A DNA stretch of 64,000 bases from Vulcanimicrobiota bacterium (GTDB lineage Bacteria > Vulcanimicrobiota > Vulcanimicrobiia > Vulcanimicrobiales > Vulcanimicrobiaceae): contig CAWAXX010000014.1 of NCBI GenBank assembly GCA_963786105.1, forward strand, positions 224,001 to 288,000, in the 5' to 3' direction. Both the position numbers and the translations under genes were made by a program. Numbering within the stretch: position 1 is the stretch's first letter; every line of letters starts with the position of its first letter. The notes beneath the pieces are model-generated. The model was not told where the DNA came from. It saw only the letters and a list, made by a program, of their open reading frames with translations, and did no database searches. Shown piece after piece: positions 19,847-29,881 of this stretch.

Positions 19847-21211
19847 TCATTCGGTGTCGACCGGCTGATACGACGAACGCCGATGCTGGAAGTACGATTG
19901 CGGAAGCGCTGCGGGTATAGGCTGAAACGTCCGCGGGGGTTGCGTGAAATCGAAAACGTCGCCGATGCTCTTGGCTCGCACGTCGGTCGACCCAATCGGC
20001 GCGAGGTGCCAGTTTTCTTCCACGAACTTTAGAATGCTGCCGAACTCGTATTGAGTATGCGAGACGTAGCCTTTCTTTGCGTACGCCGAGACGACGAGCA
20101 TTGGAACGCGAAAGCCGAGGCCCTGATAATCCAGCTGCGGCGGCGCGACGTGATCGTAGAATCCCCCCCAATCGTCCCACACGACGATAATCGCCGTCGA
20201 ATTCCAAAGCTTCGGGTTCTTGCCGACGGCATTGACCACCGACGCTACCCACGAGGGTCCGCCGGTGACGACGCGTCCTGGATGGTCCGAATTCGGAAAA
20301 TCCGGAATCAACCAAGATACGGGCGGCAGACTGCCGCTCGAAATGTCTTTGTAGACGGTCGTTTCCGGCGACGAGATGTTAGCCGTCCACTCGGGCCCAT
20401 GGCGGACGGCGTCGATGGCGTCGAAGGCGCTCCACAAGCGGCCGAACGTGGGAAACGGCGGGACGTAGTATTTCCACGCAACGCCGCCGCCATCGAGCGA
20501 GTCGCGCAACGTGCGATAGTGCAAACACGGAAACGGTCCCTTGCCCGGGAGGAATTGGTGGTCGCTGGTTATGAGCGACGTGACGGTGCGTTTCGGGGCA
20601 TCGCATCCCCAAATCGCGCTGGTCGGATAGTTGACGAGACTTTGGGTCGAGTTGATCGCGGTGCCGCCCGCGATGAGATCCTGATGGCCGATGAAACTGC
20701 CGCTGCTTTGCGTTTCGAACATGTGATCCGCGAGTACGTACTGCTGGGCGATCGTCCAGTACGGTTGAATGTCGGACGGATTGACGTACTGGTATGCGTA
20801 GACGCCGGCCGGCGGGCCTCCGCCCCACGCCCCAAGATGGATTTCGTCGAACCCGTCCATCTTGCCGTGGTCGTATTCGATTTGAAATCCTTGCCAGGTG
20901 TGATCCAAGTCGAAAGAGATGAGACCGACTTTTTTGAGCGGGACGGTGCCGCCGTCGTGCGTTTTTCCGGTGGTCGTGCCGTCGGCGCCGGGATACGTTG
21001 CAAAGAAGTTATCGAAACTCCGGTTTTCTTGAACCATGATAATGACGTGCTTGATGTATCGAGGACCGGGCGCCGAGGTCGGCGTTGGAGTCGGGTTCGC
21101 GCCGCCGCCCGACGGCAACGAGCCGCCCGAGCCGCCCGATCCTCCGCCCGAACACGCGGCCAAAGAGATAACGACAAGAACCATCGCCGCGAGAAGATTT
21201 CGGTGCATCAT
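19847..21211 (-). CDS. Phosphoesterase / phospholipase C family lipoprotein, copy 2
   Basis: Lipobox LAAC, IKHVIIMVQENRSFD, WDDWGGFYDHV; start taken at ATG 21211. Confidence 0.9.
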   Translation of the reverse strand: MMHRNLLAAMVLVVISLAACSGGGSGGSGGSLPSGGGANPTPTPTSAPGPRYIKHVIIMVQENRSFDNFFATYPGADGTTTGKTHDGGTVPLKKVGLISFDLDHTWQGFQIEYDHGKMDGFDEIHLGAWGGGPPAGVYAYQYVNPSDIQPYWTIAQQYVLADHMFETQSSGSFIGHQDLIAGGTAINSTQSLVNYPTSAIWGCDAPKRTVTSLITSDHQFLPGKGPFPCLHYRTLRDSLDGGGVAWKYYVPPFPTFGRLWSAFDAIDAVRHGPEWTANISSPETTVYKDISSGSLPPVSWLIPDFPNSDHPGRVVTGGPSWVASVVNAVGKNPKLWNSTAIIVVWDDWGGFYDHVAPPQLDYQGLGFRVPMLVVSAYAKKGYVSHTQYEFGSILKFVEENWHLAPIGSTDVRAKSIGDVFDFTQPPRTFQPIPAALPQSYFQHRRSSYQPVDTE

Positions 21212-21311
21212 CACCGCAGAGATACCGTCCGGGTCGCATCGCTTCCCTCTGCGAGTGTGGCGGCGTCGCGATTCTCGCCCATAAATTGCCGGAAATGAGA
21301 CTGGAGTTATC

Positions 21312-22136
21312 GTGAATAGGAACGGAAATGAGGCCTTCTCGACGTTTCGCGCGCTGCACGCCGGAGATCGAGTTTTGGTCCTTCTCAACGCGTGGGATGC
21401 GGCCTCCGCTGCATTGTTCGCGGCCGCAGGATCTCAAGCCGTTGCAACCAGCAGCGCTGGGCTCGCCTGGTCGTGCGGCTACGCCGACGGGAACGCTTTG
21501 CCGCATTCGGCCCTTTTGTCGGTGGTCGGCTCGATCCGCGCCGTCGTTCCGCATCTGCCTTTGACGGTCGACGTCGAAGGCGGATACTCCGACGAAGCCG
21601 GCGACGTGGCGAGTCTGGTCGTCCGGCTCTACCACCTCGGCGTTGCCGGTATCAATATCGAAGATGGCGCCGGTACGCCGGAACTTCTCGCCGCAAAAAT
21701 TGCCGCCGTAAAGCAGCGCGTGCGCGCGGAGGGCGGCGACCTCTTCGTGAACGCGCGCACCGACGTGTTCCTGCGCGACCTCGCCTCCGGCGACGGCGCC
21801 GTGCGCGAGACGATCTCGCGCGCCGAACGATACGCGCAAGCCGGCGCGGATGGGATCTTCGTCCCCGAACTAGGCGATCGCGAGGCCATCGGCCGCATCG
21901 CCGGTGCGCTCGAGCGTCCACTCAATCTCATGGCCGTGCCCGGCCTTCCGCCCGTTCCAGAGCTCTACGACCTTGGAGTACGGCGTTTGAGTGCGGGGGC
22001 TTCGCTCGCCAAACTTGCGTACGGCTCGGCGGTCGACGCCGCCCAAGCACTTCTGCGGGACGGCAACTCCGACGTGCTGTTCTCGGTGCCTAGCGTGGAC
22101 TACGGCGAAACCAACGCCTTGCTGCGCGGCGCCTGA
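21312..22136 (+). CDS. Isocitrate lyase/PEP mutase family protein
   Basis: NAWDAASA, ATSSAG, DVEGGY, GINIEDG, FVNARTD, AGADGIFVP. Confidence 0.9.
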   Translation: MNRNGNEAFSTFRALHAGDRVLVLLNAWDAASAALFAAAGSQAVATSSAGLAWSCGYADGNALPHSALLSVVGSIRAVVPHLPLTVDVEGGYSDEAGDVASLVVRLYHLGVAGINIEDGAGTPELLAAKIAAVKQRVRAEGGDLFVNARTDVFLRDLASGDGAVRETISRAERYAQAGADGIFVPELGDREAIGRIAGALERPLNLMAVPGLPPVPELYDLGVRRLSAGASLAKLAYGSAVDAAQALLRDGNSDVLFSVPSVDYGETNALLRGA

Positions 22137-22160
22137 GCGCGGGACGAGCGCGGTCGATCG

Positions 22161-22187
22161 TGTCGATTTTGGGTATCGCCATTCGAC
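22161..22187 (+). promoter_or_regulatory. ECF42-type promoter
   Basis: TGTCGA-N17-CGAC immediately upstream of the DGPF/YciI gene, matching the described ECF42 consensus. Confidence 0.65.
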
Positions 22188-22226
22188 GTTTGAATATACG
22201 AGCCAACCAACCAAGGAGAAACGTTT

Positions 22227-22643
22227 GTGCGATTTATAGCGATGGTCAAAGCGACCCCCGAATCTGAAGCGGGCGTGCTTCCTACCGAGGAGCAGCTTAC
22301 GGAGATGGGCCGCTTCAACGAAACGATGGTTAAAGCGGGCGTGATGCTGGCGGGCGAAGGGCTGCAGGCTAGTTCGAAGGGAGCGCGAGTCAGGTTCTCC
22401 GGAGGAAAACCGACGGTGACCGATGGTCCCTTCACCGAATCAAAGGAGCTCATCGCCGGCTTCTGGCTGATTCAGGCGAAGTCGAAGGAGGAAGCCGTCG
22501 AGTGGATCTCCCGCGCTCCCTTCGTCGACGGCGAAGTAGAGATTCGTCAGGTATTCGAGGCCGACGACTTTGGCGACGCGCTCACTCCCGAACTACGCGA
22601 TGCAGAACGACGGCTGCGCGAACGAAGCGAAGCGAAATCGTAG
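22227..22643 (+). CDS. YciI family (DGPF) protein
   Basis: TDGPFTESKELIAGFW motif; AAGGAG RBS. Confidence 0.92.
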   Translation: MRFIAMVKATPESEAGVLPTEEQLTEMGRFNETMVKAGVMLAGEGLQASSKGARVRFSGGKPTVTDGPFTESKELIAGFWLIQAKSKEEAVEWISRAPFVDGEVEIRQVFEADDFGDALTPELRDAERRLRERSEAKS

Positions 22644-22665
22644 CGCCGCGCCGCTCGCAACGAAC

Positions 22666-23916
22666 GTGACCGGCGCCGATACTCAGCGCACGATCGAGGC
22701 CGTGTGGAGGATCGAGGCGCCGAGGCTCATCGCCGGACTCGCGCGGGTCGTACGCGACGTCGGTCTCGCTGAGGAACTCGCGCAAGATGCCTTCGTGGCG
22801 GCGCTCGAACGGTGGCCGTCGGCCGGCGTTCCGCGCAACCCGGCCGCATGGCTGGCCGCCACGGCGAAACATCGCGCCATCGATCGCTTGCGGCGAAATG
22901 CGCGGCTCGAGCGCAAGTACGAGGCGCTGGCACGCGACCTGGAGACGCGGCCGAACGACGACGAGCCCGATTTTGACGACGACATCGATGACGATCTCCT
23001 TCGTCTCATGTTCGTCGCGTGTCATCCGGTACTGTCGACGGAAGGACGCGTGGCGCTAACGCTCCGCCTGCTCGGGGGCTTGACGACGCCGGAAATCGCG
23101 CGCGCGTTTCTCGTCTCGGAAGCGACGGTAGCGCAACGCATCGTCCGAGCGAAACGAACGCTCGCCGCGGCCCGCGTTCCATTTGAAGCGCCTGCCGGCA
23201 GCGAACGCGCGCCACGTCTCGCATCGGTACTCGAAGTCATCTACCTGATTTTCAATGAGGGTTATTCGGCGACGGCCGGCGAGGATTGGCTGCGACCCGC
23301 GCTCTGTGAAGATGCATTGAGGTTAGGGCGCGTCCTCGCCGAACTGGCTCCGCGAGAAGCGGAAGTACACGGCCTGGTCGCACTCATGGAAATACAAGCG
23401 TCGCGGCTGCGCGCGCGCATCGGCTTGGCCGGCCGGCCGATCCTGCTCCTCGACCAGGATCGGCGGCGTTGGGATCAGCTCCTCATTCGCCGCGGCTTCG
23501 TTGCGCTGGAACGGACAGAGAATCTGGGGACGGCGCTCGGTCCGTACGCGCTGCAGGCGGCGATTGCAGCCTGTCACGCGCGAGCGCAAACGCCGGCCGA
23601 AACCGACTGGGGGCGCATCGTAGCGCTCTACGACGCGCTTGCGCAAATCGCGCCGTCGGCGGTGGTGGAGTTGAATCGCGCGATCGCGATTTCGATGGCG
23701 TTCGGACCGGCCGCGGCTCTCGAGCTCGTCGATGCGTTGAAAGCCGAGCCGGCCATGCAAACGTATCATCTCTTGCCGAGCGCCCGTGCCGACCTGCTCG
23801 CCAAGCTCGGGCGTTACGACGAAGCTCGGTCCGAATTCGAACGCGCGGCGGGCTTGACGCGCAACGCTCGCGAGCGCGAGTTGCTGCTGCAGCGCGCCGC
23901 AGCTTTAGCGAAATAA
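22666..23916 (+). CDS. ECF sigma factor with C-terminal TPR-like extension (ECF42-like)
   Basis: AEELAQDAF, WLAATAKHRAID, DDLLRLMFVACHP, AQRIVRAKR, LIFNEGY; downstream of a DGPF gene; start taken at GTG 22666. Confidence 0.9.
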   Translation: MTGADTQRTIEAVWRIEAPRLIAGLARVVRDVGLAEELAQDAFVAALERWPSAGVPRNPAAWLAATAKHRAIDRLRRNARLERKYEALARDLETRPNDDEPDFDDDIDDDLLRLMFVACHPVLSTEGRVALTLRLLGGLTTPEIARAFLVSEATVAQRIVRAKRTLAAARVPFEAPAGSERAPRLASVLEVIYLIFNEGYSATAGEDWLRPALCEDALRLGRVLAELAPREAEVHGLVALMEIQASRLRARIGLAGRPILLLDQDRRRWDQLLIRRGFVALERTENLGTALGPYALQAAIAACHARAQTPAETDWGRIVALYDALAQIAPSAVVELNRAIAISMAFGPAAALELVDALKAEPAMQTYHLLPSARADLLAKLGRYDEARSEFERAAGLTRNARERELLLQRAAALAK

Positions 23917-26229
23917 CGATTCAGCGGGCGCGAGCATCGTTTCGACGTGGAGCGTGTCGCCGTTGGTTGCGAGCGTGATGGCGCCCATTTGATCGGTCCG
24001 ATAGATACGGGCACCGGCGCGTCGCAGTGCGACCAGCGTTTGCGAGGCGGGGTGTCCAAATAGGTTGTGGCGCCCCACCGAAATGAAGGCGTAGCGCGGG
24101 TGTACGGCCGCTAGGAAAGCCGGCGAAGAACTGTATGCCGAACCGTGGTGGCCTACTTTTAGAACGTCGCACTGAAGATCGTCGCTCCCCCCGAGGAATC
24201 GCGACTCGGCGGTGGCGCCGGCGTCGCCCGTGAAGAGCATGCAGAACGAGCGGTAGCGTAAGATGAACGCCACCGAATTCTCGTTGATATCGTTGCGCGA
24301 GTTCGCGATGAAGGGCACGGACGGCCCGAGGAAATGGAGCGACACGCCGTCATCCAGACGCCACTCGGATCCGGCGCGCGGATAGACGATCGGTATCCCC
24401 TGCACGTGCGCGGTGTCGACGGCGTCTCGATAGGCATGTCCACCGTACCGTTGTCCGCTGTCGGCGATCTCGGCGACTCCTAGCCTGCGCAACACCGGCG
24501 CCACCCCGCCCGCGTGATCTCCGTGCGGGTGCGAAATAACCACGGCGTCGAGACGATGAACGCCGTTACGTAAAAGAAACGGCACGACGATGCGGTCGCC
24601 GATCGATTCCGCGCTGGAGTCGTTGCCCTGGTTGCCGCGTTCCAGCCTGCCTCCCGCATCGACGAGAAACGCATGCCCAGCCGGCGTTTGGACGACGATG
24701 GAATCGGCTTGGCCAACGTCGAGCATCGTGATGCGCAGGCGGCCGTCGACGAACCGGGGCGGCAGGATGACGAATCCGGCGGCAAGCACCAGCGCGGCAA
24801 CGGCGGCGGTGCGCCCGCCGCGTCGCCAGAGCAGCGGCGCGGCGGCGAGCGCGGCGTCGTATCCAACGATCGACCACGCCGGTGCCGGCGTCATCGCGAT
24901 CCGGGCTTCCGGTAAAGCCGCCAGCGTTTGCACGACGCCCAGCATCCACGCGAGCAGCCACGAATTGAGGTTCGCGATGCCTTGCGCCAGCGGCGCCGAC
25001 CATGCTATGGCGAGCTGCGCCGCGCCCAGCGCCATGGTGGCGGCGACGCACGGGACCACGGCGAGATTGGCGAGCACCGCGTACGGTGCGAACTGCAGGA
25101 AGACGGCTGCCGTGAGCGGCCAGGTGCCGGACTGCGTTGCCAGCGAGAGAACGAGCGATTCACGAACGGCGGCGGGAAGCGCGACGCGTTCCTCGATCCA
25201 GCGTTCGAGCGGTCCCGCGCACGCGAAGATCGCTCCCACGCAGGAAAACGACAGGGCGAACGAAGCCGAGGCAACGGTCTCGGGCCGTTCGAACGAAACG
25301 GCGATCGCCGCGATTGCGAGCGCATTCCACGAGAAGCTCGCGCGCCCGTAGGCGCGCGCGGCGAGCGCCGCCGTGGCCATCGACGCCGCGCGCATTGCCG
25401 GCAGCTGCGCCCCGCTCCACCAAACGAAGATCCATACCGCGGCGGCGGCGAGCACGCACCCCGTCACGCGCGGCAGCGCGAACGGCCGGAGGATCGCGAG
25501 CGCGACGGCTACCACGGCGCCGACGTGCAGACCCGCGGTGATCAAGACATGCACCGTGCCGGTTTCCTGAAACTCGGCGCGCAGGTCGGGCGGAAGTGAC
25601 GAACGTTCGCCCCATAGTTCGCCGGCTACGACGGATGCGAAGGGTTCGCCGAGACGGACGGCGAGCTGCGCGTGAGCCCATTCATGCGCTCTCGGTAACC
25701 ACGTACGCGGATCCCAGGGTGAACCGGGAGTCGTCGACAGTACGGTTGCAGTTTCGAGTTGCGCGTCTATGCCGCGGTCGTGCTGGATTTCGCGCTCGCT
25801 CGGCTCGCCGGGATTGCGCGCGTCGTCGAACGGTGCCAGCCGGCCGCGCACCACGACGCCGGAACCGATCGCAGGCAGATCGCCGCGCGTGCGTGCGAGA
25901 ACGTGCAGGTCGCCGGGAACGAGCCCGACGACGAGACCGGATTCCGATCGTTCGAGTATCGTGCCGAAATACGACGCGGTGCGCCGTTCGGCCACGTGCG
26001 GCTGACTGCGTTGACGGACTTCGGCATTCGTGGCGCCGGCAACCAGGGCCGCCATCAAGATCGCGCGAAACTGGCGAGGCCTACACGAGCCGGAGAACGC
26101 AAAGGCGCACAGCGCCGTTAGACCGGCTCCGACGGTCACGCGGGCGTCGAGCGGGAGCGTCTGTGCCGTCGCCGCAAGGGTGCCCAGCACCGCGGCAGCC
26201 GAACAGAGGATCAGCGCGAAGGGCGGCAT
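23905..26229 (-). CDS. comEC: DNA internalization competence protein ComEC/Rec2
   Basis: RNPGE, TGTVHVLITAGLHV, SFALSF, beta-lactamase-fold DVGQAD, SHPHGDH, KVGHHGS. Confidence 0.93.
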   Translation of the reverse strand: MPPFALILCSAAAVLGTLAATAQTLPLDARVTVGAGLTALCAFAFSGSCRPRQFRAILMAALVAGATNAEVRQRSQPHVAERRTASYFGTILERSESGLVVGLVPGDLHVLARTRGDLPAIGSGVVVRGRLAPFDDARNPGEPSEREIQHDRGIDAQLETATVLSTTPGSPWDPRTWLPRAHEWAHAQLAVRLGEPFASVVAGELWGERSSLPPDLRAEFQETGTVHVLITAGLHVGAVVAVALAILRPFALPRVTGCVLAAAAVWIFVWWSGAQLPAMRAASMATAALAARAYGRASFSWNALAIAAIAVSFERPETVASASFALSFSCVGAIFACAGPLERWIEERVALPAAVRESLVLSLATQSGTWPLTAAVFLQFAPYAVLANLAVVPCVAATMALGAAQLAIAWSAPLAQGIANLNSWLLAWMLGVVQTLAALPEARIAMTPAPAWSIVGYDAALAAAPLLWRRGGRTAAVAALVLAAGFVILPPRFVDGRLRITMLDVGQADSIVVQTPAGHAFLVDAGGRLERGNQGNDSSAESIGDRIVVPFLLRNGVHRLDAVVISHPHGDHAGGVAPVLRRLGVAEIADSGQRYGGHAYRDAVDTAHVQGIPIVYPRAGSEWRLDDGVSLHFLGPSVPFIANSRNDINENSVAFILRYRSFCMLFTGDAGATAESRFLGGSDDLQCDVLKVGHHGSAYSSSPAFLAAVHPRYAFISVGRHNLFGHPASQTLVALRRAGARIYRTDQMGAITLATNGDTLHVETMLAPAESLFR

Positions 26230-26276
26230 CGGCCTCCTTCTGCGACGTTACGCGGCTTTCGAAAGGAGATCGGATT

Positions 26277-27206
26277 CTGCGCATTATCGTGACCGGCGGT
26301 GCCGGCTTCATCGGATCGCACGTGGTCGACGCGTATTTGGCCGAAGGTCACGAGGTGCGCGTGATCGATTCGCTTTGGGAACACGGCGGAGGCCGTCGCG
26401 CAAACGTTGCCGAGCGCGCGAGCTTCATCCACATGGATATCCGCGATGAGAACCTTAGCCGGATCTTCGCAGAGTTCAAACCCGAGATCGTGAGTCATCA
26501 CGCCGCGCAGCATTCGGTCGCGATCTCGTCGCGCGACCCGATGTACGACGCCCAGGTTAACGTCATAGGCCTGCTCAACGTTCTGGAGAACGCGGCAAAG
26601 AGCGGCGTTCGCAAAGTGATCTTCGCGTCGAGCGGCGCGACCTTCGGTAATCCGGATCGTCTGCCCATTACCGACGATATGGCGCAGAGGCCGACGTCCC
26701 CGTACGGCATCACGAAGATGGTTGCCGAACACTACCTTCGTTTTTACCGAAACGAGCGAAATCTCGAATTCACCGCGCTGCGCTACGGCAACGTTTTTGG
26801 TCCCCGCCAGGATCCCAACGGCGAAGCCGGCGTCATCGCGATTTTCGCGGCGGCATTTCTGCGCCGCGACGGCGTGCGGATCGATTGGGACGGCGAGCAG
26901 ACGCGCGACTACGTTTACGTCGCCGACGTCGCGCGCGCGAACGTCGCCGCGCTCGACCGCGGCTCGGGCAACTGCTACGTGATCGGTACCGGGGTCAAGA
27001 CGAGCGTCAACGCCATCTATCGTGCCTTAGTAGACGTAAGCGGATTCGAAGCACCGGTCACTGCGGCCCCGCGGCGTACCGGCGATGCGCGCGACGCGCA
27101 GTTCGATTCGACGGGCGCTCGCCGCGATCTCGCATGGGCACCGTCAACCTCCTTCCTCGACGGCTTGCGAGCGACGTACGAATACTTCAAGAAGGCCGCA
27201 CGGTAG
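26277..27206 (+). CDS. NAD-dependent epimerase/dehydratase (UDP-glucose 4-epimerase-like); probable CTG start
   Basis: RIIVTGGAGFIGSH, YGITK (YxxxK), RYGNVFGPRQ, TRDYVYV; AAAGGAG 8 nt before the CTG. Confidence 0.9.
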   Translation: MRIIVTGGAGFIGSHVVDAYLAEGHEVRVIDSLWEHGGGRRANVAERASFIHMDIRDENLSRIFAEFKPEIVSHHAAQHSVAISSRDPMYDAQVNVIGLLNVLENAAKSGVRKVIFASSGATFGNPDRLPITDDMAQRPTSPYGITKMVAEHYLRFYRNERNLEFTALRYGNVFGPRQDPNGEAGVIAIFAAAFLRRDGVRIDWDGEQTRDYVYVADVARANVAALDRGSGNCYVIGTGVKTSVNAIYRALVDVSGFEAPVTAAPRRTGDARDAQFDSTGARRDLAWAPSTSFLDGLRATYEYFKKAAR

Positions 27207-27238
27207 GAGACGCGCGTTCTAGCGAGCCCGCGAGTCGA

Positions 27239-28468
27239 TTACGGTCCGCGCTCAGGCGTGTGGATGTGCTCCGGGCGTACTCCGAGTCCCAGCAAAAGCG
27301 CCGGAAAGCGCCGAAGATACGGGAACTCTTCGAGCAGGCGCATTGCCAGCGGCGGGCGGTCGACGTCGACGCCCTGTAAAATTGGATCGATCGCGCGGTT
27401 CTGTATGAAAACCTGAAAGGCTTGCGTAACCTGCGTTGGAAACGCGCGGCGCTCTTGCACGGTGGAGAGAACGGTGTCGGTCACGTTGCCATCGCGCAGA
27501 GGTTCCACGAGCCGGTTGGCAGCGGCAACCGCATCTTGGATCGCGAGGTTGATTCCGACGCCGCCGATCGGCGACATGGCGTGTGCCGAGTCTCCGATGC
27601 AGAGCACCCCCGGACGATGCCACTGCCGCAACCGGTCGACCCGGACTTCGAGCAACGACACTTTCGACCAATCGTCGATTTCTTCGACGCGGCCGCGGAG
27701 CGCTGGAATGGTCTGGACGAGCTGGTCCTGCAGCGCTGCCAGTCCGGCGTCCTTGAGCTTCTGGAACGATCCTTTCGGAATGATGTACGCGCACTGCCAA
27801 TATGCGTCTCGGTCGATCAAGATGACGATGTGGCCGTCGTTCATGGTTCCCAGCGCCTGGGGTGGATCGCCGGTGCGCTTCGAAATGCGCATCCACAGCA
27901 CGTCCATTGGAGCGCCGAGGTTTTCGACGTCGAATCCGGCGACCCGGCGAACGGTCGAGTGGCGGCCGTCGGTTCCAACCACCAGTTCGGCCACGATGGC
28001 GATCTCGCCGGACTTGGTGGCTGCCCGCACGCCGGTAACGCGCCCCCCGTTTTCAATGAGATCGATCCCTTCGGTCTCCATCATGAGATGGAACCCGGCG
28101 TACCGGCGGCTCTGCTCGGCTAGGAAGTTCAGAAAGTCCCATTGGGGCATGAACGCGATGAACTTGCAGCGCGTCGGCAGTTGCGAAAAGTCGGCGAGGT
28201 GGACGAACTCCCCGGCCACGGTTCCGCCGATTTCGCGCATCTCGTTGTGCGGCAAAGCCAGAAAATCGTGCAGCCAGCCGAGTTCGTCGAGCAGCTGTAG
28301 GGTAGACGGGTGGATGGTATCGCCGCGAAAGTCCCGGAAGAAGTCGGCATATTTTTCCAGCACGACGACGTCGATGCCGGCGCGCGCCAACAGTGCGCCC
28401 AGCATCATGCCGCACGGTCCGCCGCCGACGATGCAGCAGCGCGTCGAGAGTTGATTCGATGGCGTCAT
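27239..28468 (-). CDS. FAD-dependent oxidoreductase (UbiH/monooxygenase-like)
   Basis: GGGPCG, DFRGDTIHP, DGRHS, IGDSAHAMSPIGGVGINLAIQDA. Confidence 0.9.
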   Translation of the reverse strand: MTPSNQLSTRCCIVGGGPCGMMLGALLARAGIDVVVLEKYADFFRDFRGDTIHPSTLQLLDELGWLHDFLALPHNEMREIGGTVAGEFVHLADFSQLPTRCKFIAFMPQWDFLNFLAEQSRRYAGFHLMMETEGIDLIENGGRVTGVRAATKSGEIAIVAELVVGTDGRHSTVRRVAGFDVENLGAPMDVLWMRISKRTGDPPQALGTMNDGHIVILIDRDAYWQCAYIIPKGSFQKLKDAGLAALQDQLVQTIPALRGRVEEIDDWSKVSLLEVRVDRLRQWHRPGVLCIGDSAHAMSPIGGVGINLAIQDAVAAANRLVEPLRDGNVTDTVLSTVQERRAFPTQVTQAFQVFIQNRAIDPILQGVDVDRPPLAMRLLEEFPYLRRFPALLLGLGVRPEHIHTPERGP

Positions 28469-28560
28469 GGGACGAAAGAACGTTCCGGCCCCGGGTCTCG
28501 CGCCCTTCAGATCGCTCGCCGCTGCGGGACCGCGTTCGCAGAGAAAGTAATAGGCAACGA

Positions 28561-29127
28561 ATGCAATGGGAAGCCGTAACCGCCCTCGGTACCGCGCTTA
28601 CCGCGCTCGTCATTCTCGTGTCGGCAATTTACGCCGCGCGCCAAGTCAGGGTAGCGGCGCGCGCGACCCAGCTCGATGCGATGTTGCGCATACTCGAACG
28701 GTATCGCGACGCGGAGTTTCGGATGGCGAGCAACTTCGTGATGCACGAGCTTCCGAAGCGAATTCACGATCCCGATTTCCGCGACGACGTAGCGCGGGCG
28801 GCGGCGGCAGGGGATAAGCCTTGGCATGTGGTCTTGCGACTGCTCAACGAGACGGGCGTTTACGTCGAGCTCGGGCTGCTCGAAGGCCCGCCGATCTACT
28901 ATCTGATGGGCGACACCCTCGTGTTGCTTTGGGAAGCGCTGGCACCCGTCATCGAGATCGAACGGACGGCGCTCGACGATCCGCACCGTTGGACGAATAC
29001 CGAAGAGCTGTGCGCTGACGCCTTCGAGCGCGTCCGCGCGTACTACCTGCGCAACCCGAAGCCGCGTCCTAGTTCGGCCGAGCCCTTCACGATCGACTCG
29101 TTGATTTCGCGAGTGCGCGGCGAATGA
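28561..29127 (+). CDS. Hypothetical protein with N-terminal TM anchor (DUF4760-like architecture)
   Basis: MQWEAVTALGTALTALVILVSAIYAARQV hydrophobic N-terminus, helical remainder. Confidence 0.65.
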   Translation: MQWEAVTALGTALTALVILVSAIYAARQVRVAARATQLDAMLRILERYRDAEFRMASNFVMHELPKRIHDPDFRDDVARAAAAGDKPWHVVLRLLNETGVYVELGLLEGPPIYYLMGDTLVLLWEALAPVIEIERTALDDPHRWTNTEELCADAFERVRAYYLRNPKPRPSSAEPFTIDSLISRVRGE

Positions 29128-29860
29128 AATCGTCGGCGGCGTCGCTCCACGGACGCTTGAAGTCATCCGGCCAGAGCGTTTGGTCGGACCATAGCCTGTC
29201 GAGTCCTTCGGAGATCTCGGCGTCGTCTCGGGTAAACTGGCCGATCAACCGGCGCCAACGGGCTGCCAGAGCTTGGCTGCCCGTATCGTGCGGGTCGTCG
29301 CCGCGGGAAGCTGCGGTTTCGACCTCGGCGATCAGCGACGTCCAATCGCGCTCCCCGCGCCGGACGACGTCGAGCGGAGTGCTCTCGCGCATCTCGTCGA
29401 GTTTGGCTCGCGCCTGGGGCGAATAGTAACGTTCCGTCCAGCGATAGTCGTCTTCCATGCGAAACACCTCAATGACGTTGCGAATAATCTGCCAACGGTC
29501 GCCGTTCGCGTTTGCGTCGAGTTCGCGCGCGGCTTGGTCGAGCGCGCGCGCGGCGCATTCGAGGCGGCGCTGTTGGCGTCCTACGATTTGCCGCTGCATC
29601 CGCACGGCGGCGCTCAACGGCTGCTGCGAGCCGCTCAGGAGCTTCTCGATTTGGTCGAGATCGAATCCGACGAAGCGCAACGCGAGAATCTGTTCCACGC
29701 GCTCGAGCTCGGCTTCGCCGTACAGGCGGTAGCCGGCCGGCGTGCGGGCCGCAGGTCGGAGCACCCCGCGTCGGTCGTAAAAATGCAGCGTCCGCACCGT
29801 CACGCCCGCCTGGGCGGCGAACTCTTTGGCTTGATAAAGTTTCTCGGTCACGATTTCCAT
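29087..29860 (-). CDS. MerR family regulator with TipAS-like C-terminal domain
   Basis: GVTVRTLHFYDRRG, GYRLY, C-terminal DP..QALAARW..LIGQFT. Confidence 0.9.
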   Translation of the reverse strand: MEIVTEKLYQAKEFAAQAGVTVRTLHFYDRRGVLRPAARTPAGYRLYGEAELERVEQILALRFVGFDLDQIEKLLSGSQQPLSAAVRMQRQIVGRQQRRLECAARALDQAARELDANANGDRWQIIRNVIEVFRMEDDYRWTERYYSPQARAKLDEMRESTPLDVVRRGERDWTSLIAEVETAASRGDDPHDTGSQALAARWRRLIGQFTRDDAEISEGLDRLWSDQTLWPDDFKRPWSDAADDFIRRALAKSTSRS

Positions 29861-29881
29861 GGCGGTTCCTCGTCGGCTACC

